Below the pieces are notes generated by a model that made no database searches, had not been told where the DNA came from, and saw only the letters and a program-made list of their open reading frames with translations. This document shows, piece by piece, positions 38,301 through 51,502 of a DNA stretch of 51,686 bases. Source of the stretch: Paraspadella gotoi (taxonomy: Eukaryota; Animalia; Chaetognatha); NCBI GenBank assembly GCA_051294375.1, contig CM119265.1, positions 27,845,435 to 27,897,120 on the forward strand, given 5' to 3'. The position numbers were made by a program, and so were the translations under genes. How positions within the stretch are numbered: position 1 is the first letter of the stretch; each line of letters begins with the position of its first letter.

Positions 38301-41300
38301 GTTCCTCGAGGTGAAAAAACCTCCCATCTCTCTTTCTCTCCGGTCTCCCCCCCCCCACTTATTCCGTTACTAATTTTCGTTTCGACTTTCGTTCTCGATG
38401 CGACATCTATGCCTCGCCCGAACCTTACCCCCTTCCAACCCTTCGACCTGTACTTACCAACCCCATGTCGGTGTTGAGGGATCTGATCATATCGCGATTT
38501 ACAGTGTAACCCGCGACGGCGGAAGTGTAATACGCAAGTAGAGAAAGAATGGAAGGAGTGCGTCAGAACTTACGACTATATTATTTAGAGGTGTAGGAGG
38601 GCGGAGTATAGTGTTGCTTGAGGTGTTGTGGGTGGTTGGTTGGGAGTGTAAGGCGGTAGCAAGGGACCCCGTATGGGAATGATGTATTTTGGGTGAACGT
38701 TTTAACTGGGAAGGAGATGGAATTTGAATTATTAACTGGGAAGGAGGATGGAATATACTGTATTTATTGAATAATCTTTTGGCTGTGTGATGGAGTGAAA
38801 TTAGAGTCAAGTCGAGAATTATAAATAATTTAAGAAAAGAGACCTCATGACTCAGAGGACTTTTTTCTTATACATATTTTTTGAATGTTTTGACTACATG
38901 TCCACTTCGAGTTAAATAAAATATTTTAAGAATTAACGACTGGATGCTTCTTAAGTGTAGTCCATGAATCTGATTCTTTTTTATATCTCAATATAATTTT
39001 TTTTATTTTTACCGCCCCACTTCGTCACCCCTCTATCCCATCACCCTGTCTGCCACACCCCTTCTCCATCATCCCTCCCTCAATCTAGGGTCTGGAGAAC
39101 CGTCACTCCTGGTCCGTGGACTCTTCCACAGCGAGAGGTTTGCACGGGTGTCGCCCGTCGGTCTCCAAGGGAGAGATTAAAACTCCTCAGTGCGTTTTCC
39201 GAGACCCAAGAACTCATCGTCCCGAAATCAGATTGCCAGTTTTCTTTACGCCAGGTGAGTTTTTTCCCTTACCTCTTGCCAGTTATTCCCCTACCCAGGT
39301 TAAGTCGCTCGCAAGGATCTGTGGATGAACCGAAGGACGAATGAATCTCGGTCTGTCTGCGGTGGGATTGGAAAAAGTGCATTTTTAAATACTCACAAAC
39401 CTCATAGTTTTGATTCCCATCGGCTTGATCTCTTGGATTACATTTAAGTTTTTATCTGACTCGGATTAAGTTACCCACGAAGGCCCTGTCGATTCCAAGA
39501 CAGTTAACCATTAACGAACTACTTTAAGACTTCTGAGCTGAGCCGGCAGGTCTGCCAGACCGATTGTCGACAAGCATGAAGCAGAGTTTCAAAGATTCCA
39601 AACAAGATGATGAATCGGGTTCAAGCGATTGCAATGAAGAACTTTTTTCTCCAATGAAGCTGGTGCGGAGCGATGCGTGCTGTGCGAGCGTTGAGTTCGA
39701 ATGCTCACGCGCTGCCACCACATTTTAGTAGAGGTGGACAGAGTTGTGTTCAAGCGTGGAAGAGCCAAAGGAGATTTTAGTTCTTCAGAAAGTCAGACAA
39801 ACAAGAATTTTGAAAGCAGATGGATTCAAAGTACAATAGATGGTCAGAGTGAATTTGAGTACTCTACAATGCGGCATCATCGACACGGGCTCTGTAAAAG
39901 ATTTCTGTGCCTAGCAGTCGTCTTGCGTCGTTACTCTTTTAAGGTCGAGTCGTGGGTGCCAAGGTTTTTCGGCCATATTTTTTCGATCGCTTGGTAGTTG
40001 TTTCTACTAGCGCGAGCGTACGTGTGAGAAACCTTTAAATTGTAGAAAGGTATGGGTGCTCTATGATTTAAGATGTGCGAGGTCAACTCATAATCTCATA
40101 ATATAACTGGTTGTTTTCGTTCTCGTTAGAAAACCCTGGTTTACGATGTTTTATGATGTCACCATTTTTTACAAATAAAAGTTCGGAAATTATTATTAAG
40201 TCTCCGAATAGTATTTATTGCTTCAAAACATCAGTGTGGAACTCATGGTTTCTAAAACTCTTCGAACGGACGAAGCTGAAATTCGTTCGTCTCCGTCAAG
40301 CGTGACAGGCAACAAAAACTTGTTCACAAGCCTGCGTTGCTCAATTGGCATAAGGCCTCTCTTCTCATTGGTCCGTTTCTATTGCATGATTGCATCCAAT
40401 TTCATTGAGAGTCCTCTCTCAATGGTAGATTTCATCCGAGTCCGCTGGATCCGATTCCATTCTTGGTTCTGATTTCCATTCTGCGGATTGGGAACCGAAG
40501 GATGACGTGATGCTTTGGCACCGAAAAGATGGGGCCAGACGATCCGTATATTTGGCCGAGACCCAATACTGCACAAAACGAATCGGTGACCATGCTGTGC
40601 CAGTATTCCTCCTTCCAATAGTCGACGGATACCAGTTTAAAGCCGTCTTTAGAAAAATTCCTCCAGGACCTAAAAATGGCCGGAAAAGGTGCGAGTGTAT
40701 GGCCAGAACTTATTGCGATTGGCGGCGTAACTAATTGCGATGCATGATGATTGTGAACTATTGCCAGAACTATTGTGACATTGCCAGACCGGCTAACACT
40801 GAAAAAAAAATAATTTTCTGGTGAAACTGAAGTCGTGTGAAGGGTGTCAGTGAAAACATGCGGCCCACGCTTGAGATAAGATCGACGACCAAGCAGTTAA
40901 TCGACGATTGGTCTGATATTGGTTGATTATCTATCCGTTCGACTTCTCGTCTTATCTAGTTCTTTCTTTCCGTTTTTTCTTATCTCTTCTCCTTCTTATC
41001 TACCTTCTCTTTTCTCCTTTGCTGCTTTCTGCTCTTCCTTTCTTCGTCTATTCTATGTGTTCCTTATCTTCTTGTTTCTTATCTTGCTTCCTTCTTTTCA
41101 TTATTTCTTGTTCCTTCTCATCTGTTATCTCTTCTTTCTTTCTCCTATCCTATCTGCTCCTTTTCTTCTCTTTAAAATCCTTATCCTTCACCCCTCCTTT
41201 AAGTATCTGCGTTTCTATACCTTTAATCGACATTCCATAAAACTGAGGACGCGACGCGACGACCGACAGATCCGACCGAACCAACAGGACCGACCGACCG

Positions 41301-41803
41301 ACCCGACAGACCGACCGAGCCGACCGACCGACCGAGCCAGAACAGACACGACCAACGACCGACAGAGCGACCCGACCGAGACAGAGGCCGAACGCGTCGA
41401 TTATTAAGGAAAACGCTCTCTTCATTTAAATCCCGAAGCCCAAACAGGGAAATGACTCTCGAATTATGAGAGAGAGGAGAGAAGAGAGTGGACGAGATGA
41501 GGGAATGCGATGAGAAGAGAGTGAGGAGATTTGGTATAAGAGATAGAAGCGAATGTAGAGTGGTGAGGGTGGTGCTGAAAAGTGAGAGAGAAAGGAGTAG
41601 GAGATCAGGTAAAAAAATCGGGGTTAAAAGAGGAAGAGAGAAAGACGACGGGAAGAAGTCTAAAATCCCGGCGATGGGAAAATATTAAGTAAAAAGAAAA
41701 AAAAAAGGAAAGAGAAGAGAGAAAAAAAAGATAGAGATTCGGCGGGTTTCATAACGTGCTCGTCGTCTGCTACTTTCTNNNNNNNNNNNNNNNNNNNNNN
41801 NNN

Positions 41804-42370
41804 TTATAGAAGGGAAAGGAAGGCAAAGGAAGGTTATAGAAGGCAAAGGAAGATATTAGAAGGCAAAAGAAGGGAAAGGAAGGCGATGGAAGGCAAAGGA
41901 AGGTATTAGAAGGCAAAAGAAGGGAAAGGAAGTCGATGGAAGACAAAAGAAGGTTTTAGGAGGCAAATGAAGGTATTAGAAGGCAAAAGAAGGGAAAGGA
42001 AGATATTAGAAGGCAAAAGAAGGCAATGGAAGGCAAAGGAAGGTATGACCTTATTGTTAATGTTTGTTTTTGTTTTACTTTTCTGTTTGGGGAGGGTTAG
42101 ACTTAATTTAATTGTGTTGATGTGTTTCACTGTATCAAATTCATGATATGAAATAAACTACTATATTAAAAGGCAAAAGAAGGCAATATAAGGCAAAAGA
42201 AGCAAAAGAAGGCAATGGATGGCAAAGGAAGGTATTAGAAGGTAAAAGAAAAGAAAAAGTATTTAAAAGAAGCTAATAGAAGGCAAAATAATATAAAAGA
42301 AGAGAGATAAATGCAATAAAGGGCAAAAAATGGAAAAAAAGAAGGCAAAAGAAGGCTAAAGAAAGCAATT
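41804..42370. repeat. degenerate 10-bp-based repeat (AAGGCAAAGG/AAGGTATTAG)
   Basis: Directly visible after a 25-N gap. Confidence 0.85.
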
Positions 42371-42517
42371 AAGCTATGAAAAGAGTGACGGCAAAGAAAG
42401 CAAAGTGGACAATAAAGATAGAAGCATTAAAAGACAAATAAACCGCAACAAATGAATGAATGTAAAAAATTGAAAATGAGAAAAATTTAAATATACATAC
42501 TTAAAAGGCTATGGCTG

Positions 42518-42625
42518 GAATTAGATGGAGAAAAGAAATTATTTAGATGGAGAAAAGAAATGAATTAGATGGAGAAAAAAAATGAATTAGATGAAGAAAA
42601 TAAATGAATTAGATGGAGGAAAAAA
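42518..42625. repeat. 22-bp tandem repeat, about 5 copies
   Basis: Unit GAATTAGATGGAGAAAAGAAAT. Confidence 0.85.
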
Positions 42626-43576
42626 ATTAATGCAAAGAAATTGAATATGAAGAAAAATGACAAGAAGGCGAAAAAAGCAAATGAAGCGATTAAGGTGGAA
42701 AGAAAAAAAAGCAAAAATGATAAAAATAGCATCGGGGCTGAAGAAGACAAAAAAAAAACCCAAAAAAGCCAAGAATGGTGTCAAAGATTAAAAAGAAAAA
42801 AGGGAAAAAAAAGCAATGCAGGCGTAAAAGTCAAGGATGACTTAAAAAAGCAAATCGAAAAGAAAAGCGGAAGAGAGAAGAAAAAAANNNNNNNNNNNNN
42901 NNNNNNNNNNNNAAGCGAGTTTTAATCTGCGTAATCTCGCGCAGAAATGCAGCTTTGTGATGTGAGGGAAATTTTCTCTATATTATTATTGGGGGGGAGG
43001 GGATTTGGAAGAGGGCAGAGGTAAGGAGGAGGGAAGGAAGGAAGGTAAGGGGAAGGGGAATGGGGAGAGGGAAGGAAAGGGGAGGAGGGAAGAATCGAGG
43101 AGGGGATAGGGGGTTGAAAACAAGGGGGAGGGGAAACGGCGGGATGGGGAAGGGAGAGAAGGGGAGGGAGGAGAAGGGGGGAGGAAAGATCGACGCGTAA
43201 GCGAGTCAGGAGGAAGACGCGTGATCAGCGGGTAGTGTGAATCAGGGGGGAACGTGGAGAAGGACGAGTGGGAGGGAGAAGGGAGAAGGGGAAGGAAGAG
43301 GCGAAAGGGGCATTCAGGAGGAGAAGAGAGAGGAAGGAAAGAGGGAGGGGAAGGAAGAAGAGGGAAACTCAAAGCGGCCGGAAGTGAGAAGGCGGAAGAA
43401 GAGGGGAAAAGGTAGAGGACATGGGGATGGGAGAAGGAGGGGTGGAATATGATTGGTCTTGGGAGTCGGGGGGGAGGCGTGGAGAAAAAAATCGCCCATT
43501 GCAAAGAAAAACCTGACGTTTAATTGACTTTCAGGCGCAAAAGAAAACTCCGCAAGATTCAATTAAACGTCTAAAG

Positions 43577-43627
<51 letters not shown>

Positions 43628-44300
43628 CGAGAGAAAATGGTCATGCGCGTTGAAGGTGGCTTCCCTCTTTCGGTCTTTGGTGGCAAGGGAAGAATTTTAT
43701 TTTCTGGAGTTTTGTTAACGTTTATTTTACAAGGGGTAAAATGTAGTTGGGATGAGTGACAAGAAGAGAAGAGAGGAAAAGAGAAGGGAAGAGAAGAGAA
43801 GAAAAAAAAGAGAAGAGAAGAGAAGAGAAGAGAAAAGAAGATAATATAAGATAAGACAAAACAAGAGAAAGAGAGAGGAGGAGATTAATCTACCAATTAC
43901 CAAATCAACCAGTGGCTCCGCCAATTCATGTAAATCACTTTCAAGGGCTTAAACGGAACTGTTACTGCGACACTAATAATATTTTGGTCTTTGCAAAAAT
44001 ATTTTAGAAATCAAAACATTATTATATTTGTTTTGATATATGATATATGATTAAATTTTTTTTGATCAAGATAAAGAATTAAAAAAAAGAAAAAGAAAAA
44101 AACTTATTATAAATTTAAAATATATCAAAACAAATATTGAATGTTCCTTTGTCTTACATAAAGCTTCTTTCTTTTTAGAGCCCTCTAATACAATAATTTA
44201 AAGGGGTTGTTCTTTTGTTTTAAAAAAGATTAAAACCTCTGGTGGATGTAGTTAAACTAAAATTGAATGCTATTTNNNNNNNNNNNNNNNNNNNNNNNNN

Positions 44301-45830
44301 CTGAGGCACGCAAAACGCACTTCAGGAAGAAAACCAAATACCTGCAAATCAAACTGCCTGAGCGGAAAAAATCTGATGGTTCGAAGCTCACTTCCGAAGC
44401 AAATGACGCCTGGGTAGAAATGGAAGTTGCGCGAAAAGAAGTCGGCCAATCCCACACGGCGAAATGAGAACACGGCTTGATGCCATTAGCAACCACGCGT
44501 TAAAGAATGGCAACAGGAAAACGAACTATTTAGTCTCTCAAAACGCAGCTACAACAAGACGATCGAAGAAAAACGCAAAGGAATCCTAAGCGAAAAGATG
44601 AGAAAGAGACACAAACTTGACCGAGAGATTGATCTTCTAACATACTAACCGATTCTCGAAGTAACAGAGGAAGGAATTCCATATTTAAAAGTGATAACCA
44701 AAGCCGACAGCCCAACGTAAAACTAAGTTCGTCGTCCCAACCCAATAAAATCGAGACGATAGTGAAACAAATTCATCAACATACGGACACCCGGGACGAA
44801 CCGCACGGCATTCATAGGCCGCCCAATACGTTTACATCACCAGGATTATCAGCTGCCGCAGCAAAATGTGTGAGAAACTGTAACAACTGTGCAAAAGCTA
44901 CAGAGCACAAAGGAACATGAAACGCCCATCCGCGCCCCAAAACCTTGCCATCTCCCCCTGGGAGTCAGACTAAGCATCGATTGTGATGCACCTTCCTCCG
45001 GTTGCGGCTTCAATTACTCCTGCGTCGCATCTGACAACGCCGTCCGCTTATACATGGCCATTCCCATACGCCGCTGCAGATTCAAAACAATTGGTTTAAA
45101 GCCTTGGATGAAGGATTTTCCTCCAACACGGCTTCATACATGGAATTTAAACTTTGATGCGCGACCCAGCCCCAGCTAAACGGAAAAGCTATGAACTCCA
45201 TACTAGAACCTACTCGAAGCACAGTTGGGAAGAAGGGTGCTGGTCGGGGAGAAAGGACGAGCAACAGAGCGGAAAGGGACATCGCAGGATACGCCAGGCA
45301 CTCCGTAAGGCAGTGGAGGATTCAGCAAGGGAAAATTGGCGTAGACCAACTCCCCCACTTAATGCGTACTACAACGCGACCCCAAGATCATCGGATTGGA
45401 AAACTGACATGTCGGCCTCATGAGGATCCAGTTTGGACAGTAGGCCACAGAAAATTGTGAAGCCGCCGCGATGACTTTACAAAAAAGAAATCTCCATCGA
45501 TTTCATCCGGAAAAAGAGCCGACAGGCAAGAACAGGCCCGGACGAGGTTGGGCAGATCAAGAGGACCAAACTCTACAAACAATCGGTCAAGGTGGGAAAC
45601 CCCTTACAAAAAAAACGACGAGATTAAGGTTCGGAGATATTGGTACTCACCCGACCGTGACCTCATTCATGGCTTGGAACTACGACAACTTGAAAAAACA
45701 AAGTAAAACGGAAACTACTCTGGCGCCAAACAAAGTCGTACAACGAGAGCGGGGAAGTCCACTATGTCGTCTCGATTGCTGGCCAGAACTCGAGATACCA
45801 TAGACGACGCTCAAGCTTCACGCACCTGAG
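44301..45830 (+). mobile_element. Ty3/Gypsy LTR retrotransposon pol fragment (RNase H C-terminus plus integrase), frameshifted
   Basis: Motifs in order across frameshifts: EN(T)ADAIS-like RNase H end (~44465-44490), IHQH.GHPGR (44771-44800), VRNCNNC (44870-44890), PW.RLSID and FNY..V.D...AIP (44955-45066), W...YNATP (45335-45385), LRFGD (45625), YSGP.KVVQR..GEVHYVV GPY/F-like motif (45715-45772). Confidence 0.75.
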
Positions 45831-46649
45831 AAATAACAAAAAATAGAAAAGTCGGCAAACAAACAGAAACCGTCAACACAATGTAAATAAACAATGGTAG
45901 ATAGAGATACAGCAACAGAACGCTAGAAAAGAAAAGAAAAAAAAGAAAGATACATTCACCCAAAAGTTTTTTCAAAAACTTAAATCTCATCCGCCTACCA
46001 AGCTCCGACTACCGATGAGCCACGTGGCGTCGTCGCCAGGAGAGGGGGACGCATCACAGATGATGAAACCAAAAAGGAAACAGAGAAAGGATTAAGGAGA
46101 GGATTCCGAAGAGGGAAGAAGATTCTGGCAGATGATTTCGAACGGGATTTTGGAGAAGCCCAAATCCAGAAAAGGAACAATAGTTTCCGGGAAGAGGAAA
46201 AGGAAGGTTCCAGAAGCAGGAGAGTGAGGATTCGGAAGAGGAATCTGTCTTCGTCTACTTGCCCATTATAAATAGGCCGTCTGTTTCTGCTTTGATCATT
46301 CTATGTCCAATTATTGAACACCGTCGTTCATCTACTTTCTGTAAAAAAAGTTCCACCTTTGGTTTCATTGCTGAAATCCCTGTCTATCTACTTAAATGAT
46401 ACTGTATTACTTAATAAGTAAGTAAATTACCAATCTTCAGTATATAAACTATTGTATAAACTGTACACGATAGATCCGGACAGACAGAAAAAAATATTAA
46501 CTTTTCAGAGGCGAACTACGCGACTAAAGAAAACAAAAAAGTGGATGTAATCGAATTAAAAATCGTATCCATTAAAACAAAAGTATCGTGACTTCCGCCT
46601 TAAATTTTAATTTTTCCACTTCCCTTGATAACCAATCCAGGAGGTAAGG

Positions 46650-46651
46650 GG

Positions 46652-46695
<44 letters not shown>

Positions 46696-46771
46696 CCACC
46701 GTTCCAATTTAATTTCCGCATATAATTTTTACGCGCTTCGTCATGACAACATCCGTAGGACGACGACGACG

Positions 46772-46809
<38 letters not shown>

Positions 46810-46880
46810 AACGAACGAACGACAACACGGTTTCTTTCTTTTTATGATATTTTTCCCCATCTTATAACGGCGTATCTCTG

Positions 46881-46914
<34 letters not shown>

Positions 46915-46917
46915 CTA

Positions 46918-46949
<32 letters not shown>

Positions 46950-47011
46950 TGTCAAACTAATGCGCCAAGTGGCCTTTTCATTTTCCGTTAATGGTTGTTT
47001 TCTCAACCCGA

Positions 47012-47042
<31 letters not shown>

Positions 47043-47143
47043 CTCGTTGTGCTTCCTGTTTTTCTTTCCTTCCGCTTTAGTCGCCGACGTGCAGGCCATC
47101 TTTCATCCGAGGGGGGCGCGCCAGGGTCGACGAGAGAAAGAGA

Positions 47144-47200
<57 letters not shown>

Positions 47201-47810
47201 AGAGAGGGTAAAGTAAGTGTGGCGTAAGAAACTGCTTCTTTGTGCGGCAGGATTAAGGAGACGACCTTCCCTTGGGGGAGGGAGAGAGAGAGAGAGAGAG
47301 AGAGAGACAATATTGCTACTATTTCCCTCAAATGCTTCACTCGTTCTCCGAATGCTTCCCTCCTTTCCGCTCGAATGCTTGTCTCGTTTTCCAGAATGCT
47401 TGCCTTTTGTCTTCATTTATTACTTTTTTTTTCAAATATTTTAGCCGATATAATATGCAATAACTGAGTACTGACTTCCTCCCCTAAGATGAAAGTGCAA
47501 TCGAGCTGGATTGCACGGTTCACGAAGAATCTATTTTAAAGAGATCATAACAAAAAAATTAAAGAGTTAAATGTTGAAATTTTTATTATTAGTAAGTTAT
47601 AATATGACATTTTTGGTTACGCCACGTGTACTCGCGGATTAACTCTATAAGTCAATTTTCGGTCGGTCTATCGATTTGTCGATCGGTATGAACCAAGCAA
47701 AGGTCCAAGCTTGATTTCACTCGTTTTTCCAAGCTTCTCTCTTCCTTTCAGTTTATATCGCGAAATTCAAAAGTATTTTGTTCCCGACGACGACGTCGAC
47801 GACGACGACG

Positions 47811-47878
<68 letters not shown>

Positions 47879-48175
47879 GTTGCGCCTTTCGTTTCGTCCG
47901 GATAGAAAAAACCCATTCTCTCTCTCTCGCTTCCTCTCTGTCTCTGTCGTTGTCTTTTTCTCCCTCACTTTCTCTTTTTTTTCTTAATCTTTCTCTCTTC
48001 TCTTTCAGTTTTCCAAATTCTCACTCTCTCTCTTTCTTTCTATCACTTTCTATCACTTTTCCTCTTTTTTAATTCTCTCTTTCTATTTTTTCCTTAATCT
48101 TCTCCTCTCCTCCTCTCTCTCTCTTTCTCTCTCTCTCTCTCCCTCAGCTCCTCTCTCCTCTCTCTCTCTCTCCAC
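46650..48175. repeat. simple-repeat cluster: (TC)n, (GAC/AAC)n, (GA)n, long (GAC)n at 47785-47877
   Basis: Directly visible. Confidence 0.9.
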
Positions 48176-48242
48176 TCCCCAACACACACCTGCTCTTCTT
48201 CAATTTCGGCCCACGAAACCGTTGGGTCTTTTCCCCCCCCTC

Positions 48243-49723
48243 TGCTCGATAGCGAGCCCTGTGGATATTTCCTTCAGTCCACCCCTACTAAGCTATATAG
48301 TGTAGTCGTTCTGGCTCGATAGCGAGGCCCTGTGATATTTTCCGTCATCCACCCTACTAAGCTCATATAGTGTAGTCGTTCTGGCTCGATAGCGAGCCCT
48401 GTGATATTTTCCGTCATCCACCTACTAAGCTCATATAGTGTAGTCGTTCTGGCTCGATAGCGAGGCCCTGTGATATTTTCCATCATCCACCCTACTAAGC
48501 TCAATAATAGTGTAGTCGTTCTGGCTCGATAGCGAGGCCCTGTGATATTCCGTCATCTCACCCAAAGCTCATATAGTGTAGTCGTTCTGGCTCGATAGCG
48601 AGGCTCTGTGATTATTTTCCGTCATCCACCCTACTAAGCTCATATAGTGTAGTCGTTCTGCTCGATAGCGAGGCCCTGTTTAATTTTCCGTCGATCATCC
48701 ACCTACCACTAAGCTCATATAGTGTAGTCGTTCTCTCTCGGATAGCCGGCGAGGCCCTGTGATATTTTCCGTCATCCACCCTACTAAGCTCATATAGTGT
48801 AGTCGTTCTTGGCTCGATAGCAAGGCCTGTGATATTTTTCCGTCATCCACCTTACTAAGCTCATATAGTGTAGTCGTTCTGGCTCGATAGCGAGGCCCTG
48901 TGATATTTTCCGTCATCCACCCTACTTAAGCTCATATAGTGTAGTCGTTCTGGCTCGATAGCGAGGCCCTGTGATATTTTCCGTCATCCACCCTACTAAG
49001 CCATATAAGTGTAGTCGTTCTGGCTCGATAGCGAGGCCCTGTTGATATTTTTCGTCATCCACCCTACTAAGCTCATATAGTGTAGTCGTTCTGGCTCAGC
49101 GTAGCGAGGGCCCTGTGATATTTTCCGTCATCCACCCTACTAATGCTCATATAGTGTAGTCGTTCTGGGCTCGATAGCAGGCCCTGTGATATTTTCCGTC
49201 ATCCACCCTACTAAGCTCATATAAGTGTAGTCGTTCTGGCTCGATAGCAGGAGGCCCTGTGTAATATTTTCCGTCATCCAACCCTACTAAGCTCATATAG
49301 TGTAGTCGTTCTGGCTCGATAGCGAGGCCCTGTGATATTTTCCAGTCATCCCAACACTACTAAGCTCATATAGTGTAAGTCGTTCTGGTCGATAGCGAGC
49401 CCTGCTATATTTTCCGTTCATCCACCCTACTAAGTCATATAGTGTAGTCGTTCTGGCTCGATAGCGAGGCCCTGTGATATTTTCCGTCATCCACCCTACT
49501 AAGCTCATATAGTGTAGTCGTTCTCGCTCGATAGCGAGGCCTGTGATATTTCCGTCATCCACCTACTAAGCTGCATATAGTGTAGTCGTTCTCGCTCGAT
49601 AGCGAGGCCCTGTGATATTTTCCGTCATCCACCCTACTAAGCTCATATATAGTGTAGTCGTTCTGGCTCGATAGCGAGGCCCTGTGATATTTTCCGTCAT
49701 CCACCACTAAGCTCATATAGTGT
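48243..49723. repeat. 70-bp satellite, about 21 copies
   Basis: Unit CTACTAAGCTCATATAGTGTAGTCGTTCTGGCTCGATAGCGAGGCCCTGTGATATTTTCCGTCATCCACC, head-to-tail with no spacers. Confidence 0.97.
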
Positions 49724-50354
49724 CTCCCCCCTTCTCTCGGCCCACCTTCATCCCACACCTTGGGGTCCGAGAATAGCGCCACTTCCGGCCACGCCTCCCT
49801 ATGCTCACGGGTCCCCTTGTCTCCGGCTAATGGTCCATCAAAACGAGATCTCTCTCGTATCCGCTGTTCTCGCCATAAAAACTCACAAACGCGCGGGACG
49901 AAGAGAGGAGGTAAAAGAAGGGGGGGCGGCTGGAGCTGTTGTGATGTGGAATATGGAGGTTGATGTTGTTGTTGATTTTTCGTTATAGTTGTTGTTGTTG
50001 TTTTTATTGTTCTTGTCGTTGTTTTTGTTGTTGGTTTTTGTTTCGTGTCTTTTGTTTTGTAATTGTTTTCGTGGTTTTTTGTTTGGTTATTTTAGTTTAA
50101 TTGTTGTTATCTTTGTTTTTTTCATTGCTATTGTTCATTTATATTTTTTTGTACGAGTTGCTTTTTTTTGTTTGTTTTATTTGTTGTTTTGCTACTACTC
50201 TTAATTAAAGTTTTTTTTTCATTTAATTCATCTGCAAGTTCCTAATATTGTAACGTCAAGGTACAAGCAATGATTAAACATTTGCTCCAGAAATCGTTTC
50301 TGATATTTTAATCCGTGAGTAACATGATAGTTGACGTTTAGCAAGTTTGGGAAC

Positions 50355-50486
50355 AAGCAAAGATTGGGACGAAAAAAAGCAAAGATTGGGACGAAAAGAT
50401 GCAAAAATTGGGACGAAAACAAACAAAGATTGGGACGAAAACAAGTAAAGATTGGGACGAAAACAAGCAAAGATTGGGACGAAAAC
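50355..50486. repeat. 22-bp tandem repeat, 6 copies
   Basis: Unit GATTGGGACGAAAACAAGCAAA. Confidence 0.92.
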
Positions 50487-50671
50487 TGTCAGAGAGAATG
50501 AGCAAAGTACCAAGCTAAAGGCAAGTTACTACGAGTCAAGTACAGTGACTGAAAATGACGAAAGAAAAATAAGGAGAAAACCGGGCAAAGCATTCGACGA
50601 GCGGGGTTTAGAAAAGAGAGGGAAAAAAGAGTTTAGTCTTATGCTAAACAAGCGGGAAAAACCGACAAAGT

Positions 50672-50706
<35 letters not shown>

Positions 50707-50918
50707 NNNNNNNNNNNNNNNNNNNNNNNNNNNNNNNNNNNNNNNNNNNNNNNNNNNNNNNNNNNNNNNNNNNNNNNNNNNNNNNNNNNNNNNNNNNNNN
50801 NNNNNNNNNNNNNNNNNNNNNNNNNNNNNNNNNNNNNNNNNNNNNNNNNNNNNNNNNNNNNNNNNNNNNNNNNNNNNNNNNNNNNNNNNNNNNNNNNNNN
50901 NNNNNNNNNNNNNNNNNN

Positions 50919-50953
<35 letters not shown>

Positions 50954-51026
50954 TTATGGGGACTTTCACTTAGAAATGCCGACTTTTCAGGTCGAAAAAG
51001 CAACAAAAAAGGCAAAAAGGACCTCA

Positions 51027-51502
51027 TGGATAATGGAGAATTGGACGGATGGAGAGATGNNNNNNNNNNNNNNNNNNNNNNNNNNNNNNNNNNNNNNNNN
51101 NNNNNNNNNNNNNNNNNNNNNNNNNNNNNNNNNNNNNNNNNNNNNNNNNNNNNNNNNNNNNNNNNNNNNNNNNNNNNNNNNNNNNNNNNNNNNNNNNNNN
51201 NNNNNNNNNNNNNNNNNNNNNNNNNNNNNNNNNNNNNNNNNNNNNNNNNNNNNNNNNNNNNNNNNNNNNNNNNNNNNNNNNNNNNNNNNNNNNNNNNNNN
51301 NNNNNGGAGAATGAATGGATGGAAGGATGGATAGATAGATTGGAGAATGGATGGAGGGAGGGATGGATGGATGAATAGATGTATAGATAGAGAATGGATA
51401 GAGGGAGGGACGGATGGATGGATGGATAGCTGGATAAATAGATGGGAGAATGGATGGATAGAATGAATATACGAATGGATTAATGTCGGATGGATGATTG
51501 GA
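51027..51502. repeat. (GGAT/AGAT)n simple repeat spanning an N gap
   Basis: Directly visible on both sides of the gap. Confidence 0.85.

Larger units (their letters stand above)
24920..41190. repeat. ~5.9-kb inverted duplication (left 24920-30793; right 30986-31870 plus 35352-41190)
   Basis: 30986-31140 is the reverse complement of 30645-30793, 37360-37500 of 28115-28270, and 40440-40530 of 25480-25570. The right arm is indel-rich; spacer ~190 nt. Confidence 0.93.

Noticed and set aside
42975-43480. G-quadruplex or Pro-rich ORF region
   Set aside because: Noisy GA-rich low-complexity sequence next to a 25-N gap; base accuracy is too doubtful.
48243-49723. CRISPR array or repeated hammerhead ribozyme
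   Set aside because: Units are contiguous with no unique spacers and no cas genes; no CUGANGA...GAAA core on either strand. The ORFs shift frame because 70 is not a multiple of 3.
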